DNA from: an uncultured virus (IMG/VR IMGVR_UViG_3300033068_001557)
Lineage: Duplodnaviria > Heunggongvirae > Uroviricota > Caudoviricetes
Direction: 5' to 3' (one strand)
Virus record (IMG/VR): IMGVR_UViG_3300033068_001557
DNA length: 20,000 nucleotides
Part shown: positions 1 to 6,046 of the stretch, piece after piece
Layout: every line of letters begins with the position of its first letter
Position numbering within the stretch: position 1 is the stretch's first letter
Position numbers and translations under genes: made by a program
The notes under the pieces: model-generated
The model's input: the letters and a program-made list of their open reading frames with translations, nothing else
Databases searched by the model: none
Told to the model about the DNA's origin: nothing

Positions 1-244
1 TGTATAAACACATCTGTCTCTATATCGTTAAATAACCCCAGTCTACTGATTGGAGTTGTTTGATTGTTTACTGTTACCTAAATGTATAACCTTAAATGAT
101 TTTGTATATAGATATTATTGGTCTGGAATTAGTCATCAACTAATGCTTTTAGCTTAGTCATGTGAGGTAGTTTATTCATTCCCATCAATAATGTCTTAAT
201 GAGGAGAGTGCTTGGTAGGTGTTAGCTCTCCTCTCACAAAAGAC

Positions 245-273
245 ATACACCTAAGCAAGTGTATAAACTGCTT
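245..273 (+). other. Compact H-type pseudoknot in the leader of ORF 319
   Basis: S1 ATACAC(245-250)/GTGTAT(259-264) crosses S2 AAGCA(253-257)/TGCTT(269-273). Confidence 0.45.
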
Positions 274-318
274 TAATTTTTATAAATAATACATTATTAA
301 TCAACTAAATAAAATAAC

Positions 319-621
319 ATGATTTGGATAACATCAGAAAGAAAAAATATTCCTATATCTCAAATGGATAGCACACATTTAGAGAATACTATTAATTGGA
401 TAACTGAAAATAACAGACCTTCCTGTATAATTAATAATCATGAAGCTATTGTTTGGATAAAAGCAATGTCTAAAGAACTAATCAATAGAGAAATAGCTGT
501 TATGAAGAATAATATAGCTGAATTAAGAAAGCAAAATTTAGAATTATTAGCTAAATATAATAAAGAAGTTGAGGAATTAGCTTTATTTGAAGCTGCTAAT
601 AATGTATTGGATAGATTTTAA
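319..621 (+). CDS. Hypothetical phage protein with C-terminal coiled coil
   Basis: 100-aa ORF, ATG after an A-rich leader; I-x-x-M-D-x-x-H-L-x-N motif of small phage proteins; helical C-terminus. Confidence 0.75.
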   Translation: MIWITSERKNIPISQMDSTHLENTINWITENNRPSCIINNHEAIVWIKAMSKELINREIAVMKNNIAELRKQNLELLAKYNKEVEELALFEAANNVLDRF

Positions 622-632
622 AATATATCTCC

Positions 633-766
633 AAAGTGAGTAGTTATTTAAAGAGATTAATAACTACATGAATAAAGGATAGCTCATATTAAAACTAGAA
701 TATAAATGAAGAATTTATATTAGAGGAGTACACTTCAGCTTAATGTAGCTGCCACTTTATTTTTTT
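633..766 (+). ncRNA. Candidate multi-stem structured RNA / terminator element
   Basis: AAAGTG(633-638)/CACTTT(753-758) encloses GTAGTTATT/AATAACTAC (640-667), AATATAAAT/ATTTATATT (699-721) and CAGCT/AGCTG (736-751); a T-tract follows. Confidence 0.35.
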
Positions 767-780
767 GTATAAAAAACAAG

Positions 781-905
781 GAATAACAATCAGCGTTTGT
801 TTTTAGTAAATATATTTCTGTCATTTTATATGACAGGATATCTGTTGATTTTTGAGTGTGTGGAAGTTGAGATGATAGAAATATTGTCTCAACTTATTGT
901 TATTC
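781..905 (+). ncRNA. Candidate structured RNA
   Basis: GAATAACAAT(781-790)/ATTGTTATTC(896-905) encloses a CTGTCAT/ATGACAG hairpin and a 14-bp GAAA-capped hairpin with 2 G-U pairs (864-895). Confidence 0.4.
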
Positions 906-1331
906 AATGTGTTGTAAGTGTTTTATGGAGTGTTGGATGAATGACATATTGTCTGGTATGTACACCACCCCACATTTTATCATTAAATCAATTCTATAAA
1001 ATCTGACCTAATGTCAGTAAATATATATCACAATTATAAAAAACTCAATAACATTCCAAGATGTTGAGGACACCAGTTTCTTTGATATATTAACAATGTA
1101 ATGCTTACACAGCCAGACTTTTGAAAAAGTCATAGTAAGAAATATTACAGTTAATGCAAGGTCGGTCTTATACTCCTTAGCTTAATTAGCTGAAACTCTG
1201 ATGTTGTGCAGATATGTGCAAAGGAAGCTGTTAAGGTAGTAAGAATGAAAATACAATAGAAAACTCTTGTTGTACTATATCAAAGTTTTAGGTGTAAAAC
1301 ACAATTTTCTTAACTCTCTAAATAAAAAACA

Positions 1332-1520
1332 ATGGAAAAAATAGATTTGACTCCAGAAGAATACTCTGCATTGATAACTAATTACCCAGAAAAACACCAA
1401 TTGTATTATATTTGGGTAGGTATTTTAGCTTGTAGAGGATATAAAATTCCTTTTACATTATCTGAATTAAACGTAAAACATATTTCTAATAAAAGCTATT
1501 TAGTAAATGTAAAAAAATAA
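1332..1520 (+). CDS. Hypothetical protein
   Basis: 62-aa ORF with an A-rich leader shared with ORF 1600. Confidence 0.65.
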   Translation: MEKIDLTPEEYSALITNYPEKHQLYYIWVGILACRGYKIPFTLSELNVKHISNKSYLVNVKK

Positions 1521-1599
1521 ACTTTTAGAGAGTCTGGCTGAGATAATATCAAAGCTGGACTCTATAAAAATTGTTAACTCTCTAAAAAATCAAAACATT

Positions 1600-1944
1600 A
1601 TGGAACAATATCACATTTTTCACAGTAAACCTAATGAATTCATGTTTACTGAAACAGAAATCCAACCAAGAGAATATGTTGGATTTGTTAATGCTAATTC
1701 TATTGAAGAAGCATTTAAACTATCACAAAACATTGAATCAAATTGGAATCCAACTAATCCTTGTAGAAGTACAAGTGTTGGGGATGTAATTCAAGAAGAT
1801 GATAAATTTTTCATGGTTTGTAGTGTAGGTTTTAAAGAACTTCGTACAGAAGAAGAAATAGCTAAAGATTTAGACATTGAAGAAATGTATGAAGATTTGG
1901 CTACTATAGCTGATAAGGAAGAAGAATCTAAATATCAACAATAA
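1600..1944 (+). CDS. YodL-like domain phage protein
   Basis: EEAF..SQN...CRSTSVGDVI...FMVCSVGF resembles the RSxSVGDV motif of YodL-like domains; acidic tail. Confidence 0.65.
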   Translation: MEQYHIFHSKPNEFMFTETEIQPREYVGFVNANSIEEAFKLSQNIESNWNPTNPCRSTSVGDVIQEDDKFFMVCSVGFKELRTEEEIAKDLDIEEMYEDLATIADKEEESKYQQ

Positions 1945-1956
1945 AATCAATTAAGT

Positions 1957-2115
1957 ATGAAAAAGTTATTCCTTGATACAATACAAGAAGTAGAGAATTT
2001 AAAATCTTTACTTAAATGTGATAAAGTAACTTATCATTATCTAAAGATGAAAGGACAATATTTATTTAAATATCCTTCTGATTTAGAAGAAAAAGTACAT
2101 GATTTAGGTTATTAA
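1957..2115 (+). CDS. Small hypothetical protein (52 aa, not in the ORF track)
   Basis: ATG 1957 to TAA 2115, MKKLFLDTIQEVENLKSLLKCDKVTYHYLKMKGQYLFKYPSDLEEKVHDLGY, 12 nt after the previous stop. Confidence 0.6.
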   Translation: MKKLFLDTIQEVENLKSLLKCDKVTYHYLKMKGQYLFKYPSDLEEKVHDLGY

Positions 2116-2181
2116 AACCACATCAATCATAGTATAAAAATAAATGTCAGTTTGTTTGAGCCTTGTTCTGACTTTAAACTC

Positions 2182-3187
2182 GTGAAGGCATTCTATCCAG
2201 TAAGCTACTGGCGGTGGTTCACCATACTAGACAAGTGAATATTTTTATCAAGTTAGAAAACTTGGTTACTGTAGCAATACAGTATATAATTAGGGTGAGA
2301 ATCCCTGAAGTTTATCAGTTTATATGGCTTATATCTTGTCTTGAACAAGTATTAGTGCGACAAAACTGTTTGGCAGGTTTCTTGTCATTAGAATAACCTA
2401 TGAATTCATAAGTAGGGAAAGTATTATGAACACCATGTCATAATGCACTGAAAGAGTAATTTTTCAGGTCATATGAAAACCAATATAATATCTACATTAT
2501 GTAGTAACTGAATGCCCAGCAAGCTGAAAGTGAATGTAATGTAGACTTGGGACTGACCATCTTGAGTTGAGTGGTAACACAATAAGAATTATATTGATTT
2601 GACTCCAAAAACTCCTTAGCCAGAGTTATAGAGTCATTTACAATACATTGTATTTCCTATGTAGCTTTTACCAAAAAGCTCATGAGTGTGGTAACTCATT
2701 AGAAATAGTAGGATAGGTAGAAATACTGATAAATTCAATGTAAAGAGTAAGTATTCTTGGCAGAAGAAAGCACGAGGTTGTCGTAGTTAAACCATTCAAA
2801 AGATGGCAAACTAACAAGACAAACTACAACCTTAACACGGTTTGGTATAAATAATACATTATATTATTAACACCAATTATTCTAAGATAATAAAGCAAAA
2901 GTGTTTGTCACACATAGAACAAAATAACCTTATCCTGCTGTAATATGTAGGTAATAGAGTCTCGCAAGGAATCTATTAAGGTGAAATGGATTATCATTCT
3001 AAGTGCAGGGATGTACTGAAGCTTTCCAAAGCAGATGGTAAAAAAGAGTAATCTATAACTCTATGTGTAGTGTTTGTAAGTTTTATAAACTTATGGTTAT
3101 GTCTGTTACCTATTAGAAATAATAGGTGTGATTAAGTCTTGAAAAAGACGAAAATGCAGATAGTAAAGGTCAAATCTCAGCCTTCAC
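2182..3187 (+). ncRNA. Giant ornate non-coding RNA candidate (GOLLD/ROOL-like class)
   Basis: ~1.1-kb gap with no credible ORF; ends pair (GTGAAGGC 2182-2189 / GCCTTCAC 3180-3187); about 20 nested helices, several with GNRA loops (2267-2284 GCAA, 2448-2467 GTAA, 3108-3127 GAAA, 3136-3149 GAAA). Confidence 0.7.
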
Positions 3188-3224
3188 CCTTAAAAGGGTA
3201 TTTTATAATTTAAAACCACTCAAC

Positions 3225-3443
3225 ATGAAAAATTTAATTATATTAATATTGTTATTTACTGCTTGTAAAAAAGAAAAATACACAGCAGATAACTGTCCTG
3301 CAAGAAATGCAAGATATTTTTATTACAACGATAACACAACTGAAACTTGTTGTGCAAAAAGTATTAGTCCTTGTGATGCTAAAACAATACAAGAATTTAA
3401 AAATAACTGTCCTTCAGGATGGGTTGTTAAATATGCACCTTAA
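3225..3443 (+). CDS. Small Cys-rich lipoprotein
   Basis: MKNLIILILLFTA-C lipobox followed by KKEK, typical of Bacteroidota lipoproteins; 5 further Cys. Confidence 0.7.
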   Translation: MKNLIILILLFTACKKEKYTADNCPARNARYFYYNDNTTETCCAKSISPCDAKTIQEFKNNCPSGWVVKYAP

Positions 3444-3647
3444 ATTTATTATTCATTATAAATCAACAGATTATGAAAAAAAATCAGTATCAAGCACATC
3501 TTACAGCTATGTTATTAGCAGGAGCTACTGTTTGGCATTTTTAAAATGCAATCTCTTTTTCAAGCGTACTTGTACAATGCTTAGTTTTGTGAGCGATAAT
3601 CAAAACTTCTATTTTTTATTCAATATGTCACAATATAAAATCAACAC

Positions 3648-3812
3648 ATGAAAACAATAATTATTACATTAATCATAATTGTCGTTTTAGGATTAACTAA
3701 ATGGTTAATGCATTGGAAAAACGAACAAACAATAAAATCATTTTTACATATATCTGATGATAATGTCACAGATTTTGAATGTGGTTATGGTAAAAATAAA
3801 AGCACTCAGTAA
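3648..3812 (+). CDS. Small membrane-anchored hypothetical protein (54 aa, not in the ORF track)
   Basis: ATG 3648 to TAA 3812; N-terminal hydrophobic stretch MKTIIITLIIIVVLGLTKWLMHW. Confidence 0.6.
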   Translation: MKTIIITLIIIVVLGLTKWLMHWKNEQTIKSFLHISDDNVTDFECGYGKNKSTQ

Positions 3813-4155
3813 TTAACCTAAACGATTTCCTGTAGTAATGGTATTAGATATTTACCAAATTAAATATGATAATTCATATAATGTTGAGTACGTTTATCTA
3901 AATGATTTTAAATAATTCTAAGGTATTCTTTGTGATATTCAAACAGGTAATGTCAATAAAGCCTGTGTTGCATGAGATGTATGATAGTCCTAAGCTATTA
4001 CAGAGAATATTGAAGAAAAAACGACATTTCTACTATACTTAAATGTATAAGCTGTTATCCAAACAAGATTAATTACAACAAAAAAGATTTAATATCCTCT
4101 GTAATAAGATTAATTATAACAGTTGTAGAAATGTTTACTTTTAAAACTTTAAATT

Positions 4156-4329
4156 ATGAATAACTTAAAAAAAGAATATGCTATTGATGGTTATGAAGAA
4201 GATTTACTTGTAGCAAGAAAAATGTACTGTTATTTAAGAAATAATTCTAAAAATGTTAGGTTTCTTAAAAAGAAAATGAACAAAAGATTTAGAAAATTTA
4301 ACAAAAATATTGACAACTTTAAAGAATAA
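4156..4329 (+). CDS. Small basic hypothetical protein (57 aa, not in the ORF track)
   Basis: ATG 4156 after an AAATT leader to TAA 4329; MNNLKKEYAIDGYEEDLLVARKMYCYL...KKKMNKRFRK; abuts ORF 4333. Confidence 0.65.
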   Translation: MNNLKKEYAIDGYEEDLLVARKMYCYLRNNSKNVRFLKKKMNKRFRKFNKNIDNFKE

Positions 4330-4332
4330 AAT

Positions 4333-4701
4333 ATGAATATATTTAGTTGGTTTAAATTTAAACCTAAACAACAAAAAGTTAAAAAAGAATTTGTATTTCA
4401 AATTTATGAAGTAGTCAAAATAGGAGATTTATATAGATATACAGTAAAAGCTTCTAATAAAGAAGAAGCTTTTAAAAAATTAGTAAAATACTTCTTTGGA
4501 CAAAATAATAATCAGGAAATTGAATCTAAACACTTAAATACAAATTATCCCATGCATGAAGTATTTGAATACAAAAATATGCCTTATTGGTTTGCTAAAA
4601 GAATATCTGGGCATGTTAGAGATAAATCATATGATTATCAAAAAAAATTAGAAAAATATTGTATTGATAATAATATTAAATTAAAATCTTATGAATCATA
4701 A
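4333..4701 (+). CDS. Hypothetical protein
   Basis: 122-aa ORF packed in an operon. Confidence 0.75.
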   Translation: MNIFSWFKFKPKQQKVKKEFVFQIYEVVKIGDLYRYTVKASNKEEAFKKLVKYFFGQNNNQEIESKHLNTNYPMHEVFEYKNMPYWFAKRISGHVRDKSYDYQKKLEKYCIDNNIKLKSYES

Positions 4702-5047
4702 CTTATTAACATACATATTAACACTAATTATAGTGTTTTTGTGTGCATTAAATTCTAATGCAAAAGAACTTAAAGTTACTTATTATTATGAACAAACCCC
4801 TGAATATGAACTAATTAGAAAAGATACTTCTATATTAATATCATTAAAAGGGGAAATTATTAAAATAGGTGATAAAGTGTTTATTGCTGAAAAAAGAAAA
4901 TGCTATTATTCATCAGATGATTACATGATATTTGATGAGTATAAAATAGGCAAAACTAAAATTACTTTTAATTTAAATCCTGATAATGGAAATATATTAC
5001 AAGTAGATTTTAAATTAAATAACCAAATTTATTATTACAGACCATGA
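4691..5047 (+). CDS. Putative secreted/periplasmic protein
   Basis: N-terminal signal peptide (LLTYILTLIIVFLCALNSNA^KE); overlaps both neighbours. Confidence 0.7.
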   Translation: MNHNLLTYILTLIIVFLCALNSNAKELKVTYYYEQTPEYELIRKDTSILISLKGEIIKIGDKVFIAEKRKCYYSSDDYMIFDEYKIGKTKITFNLNPDNGNILQVDFKLNNQIYYYRP

Positions 5048-5187
5048 CAAAAGAACAATTAAAATTATTTTATGAATTATTAGACACTAAAAATTCATGG
5101 GGTAAAAATGAAATAAAAACATTATTATTGGAAATAACAAGTGGGATTATAACTTCATTAGAAGATTTTAAACAATTAAATAAATAA
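5044..5187 (+). CDS. Small hypothetical protein (47 aa, not in the ORF track)
   Basis: ATGA overlap with the previous stop; MTKEQLKLFYELLDTKNSWGKNEIKTLLLEITSGIITSLEDFKQLNK. Confidence 0.6.
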   Translation: MTKEQLKLFYELLDTKNSWGKNEIKTLLLEITSGIITSLEDFKQLNK

Positions 5188-5191
5188 AATT

Positions 5192-5503
5192 ATGACATTC
5201 AAAAATCAACCTTATGTAAAAAAGTATGACTCTATGGGAAATGTAACAAATCCTATTCAAAGAGCATACATTAACTTTTATCCGAACAGAAGTTTCAGAA
5301 GAAGTTTTGGTAAACCTTTAGATTATCGTGATTATTTAAAAATTAAAAGAGATAATCTTTTAAAAAAACAATTGTCAGTTTTACAATCAATACGTGAAAC
5401 AGGAAGACAATATGTTTCTAAAATGAATAATGAATTAAAATCATTATATGGTATTTTTAGACAAGCTTTAGAAAAATCATCAGCAAACAAACAATGGATT
5501 TAA
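5192..5503 (+). CDS. Hypothetical basic protein
   Basis: 103-aa ORF in the operon. Confidence 0.7.
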   Translation: MTFKNQPYVKKYDSMGNVTNPIQRAYINFYPNRSFRRSFGKPLDYRDYLKIKRDNLLKKQLSVLQSIRETGRQYVSKMNNELKSLYGIFRQALEKSSANKQWI

Positions 5504-5509
5504 AAAATT

Positions 5510-5869
5510 ATGTCACAGGACAATAGAATCCTTCTGACCATTTATTTGGAGGAAGGCTTTCACTCACGAGTGGAAGGACAAAACTTTAACAAAAAAAGAC
5601 CAAAAGGTACTTATGAAACAAGTGATGGAGTTTTTCGTGGAAGAATTCCACATCAAAGAAACTATGTTTCTTATTCCAAATCAAAAGTAAGAGTTACTAC
5701 AATTCCTTCACGCACAGTAGAATACTTTCAATCTGTAGAAAGCAGACCATCAAAGTATTGTGATGAGAGAAACAATTGGTTGAAAATGACACCTCATCAA
5801 AGATTGATGTATCATTTGAAACAACAAAGTGAAGGAAAAAAATTTGAGTTTTCTTTTATTAAAGTTTAA
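5510..5869 (+). CDS. Hypothetical basic phage protein
   Basis: 119-aa ORF followed by a terminator. Confidence 0.75.
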   Translation: MSQDNRILLTIYLEEGFHSRVEGQNFNKKRPKGTYETSDGVFRGRIPHQRNYVSYSKSKVRVTTIPSRTVEYFQSVESRPSKYCDERNNWLKMTPHQRLMYHLKQQSEGKKFEFSFIKV

Positions 5870-5880
5870 TAGCCGAGAAG

Positions 5881-5921
5881 AGCAAGAGTAATTACTATAT
5901 GTGTTACTCTTGCTTATTTTT
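5881..5921 (+). terminator. Intrinsic terminator
   Basis: AGCAAGAGTAA(5881-5891)/TTACTCTTGCT(5904-5914) 11-bp stem plus T-rich tail, just after ORF 5510. Confidence 0.7.
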
Positions 5922-6046
5922 AATATTAAATTTATATAAAATGTGTATTATAAAACCAGGTGAAAAACCTGAAATTCAAAGCGATAATGAAACAGATAAT
6001 CTTTCTTTAAATGTTTTATAATTATTAATTTTAAAAATAAATAAAT

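Noticed and set aside
2123..2133. TCAATCATAGT shared with the hairpin upstream of the tmRNA (9096-9106)
   Set aside because: An 11-nt match is plausible by chance in AT-rich DNA, and no hairpin forms at 2123.
2214..2396. 60-aa ORF in the track
   Set aside because: GTG start, no A-rich leader, atypical composition, and it lies inside the hairpin-tiled RNA candidate.
2355..3187. Giant RNA as a group II intron (GTGCG at 2355), group I intron or RNase P RNA
   Set aside because: No domain V catalytic-triad hairpin, no group I R/S (P7) elements, no GAGGAAAGTCC RNase P motif, and no interrupted gene on either side.
3307..3651. 114-aa ORF
   Set aside because: Overlaps the lipoprotein gene in another frame and crosses intergenic-looking sequence; likely a shadow ORF.
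4065..4121. Mini CRISPR array
   Set aside because: Only two 16-nt AT-rich repeats and no cas genes; kept as part of the switch-like element instead.
5941..6021. 26-aa ORF MCIIKPGEKPEIQSDNETDNLSLNVL
   Set aside because: Too short to support without homology or ribosome profiling, although it has an A-rich leader.
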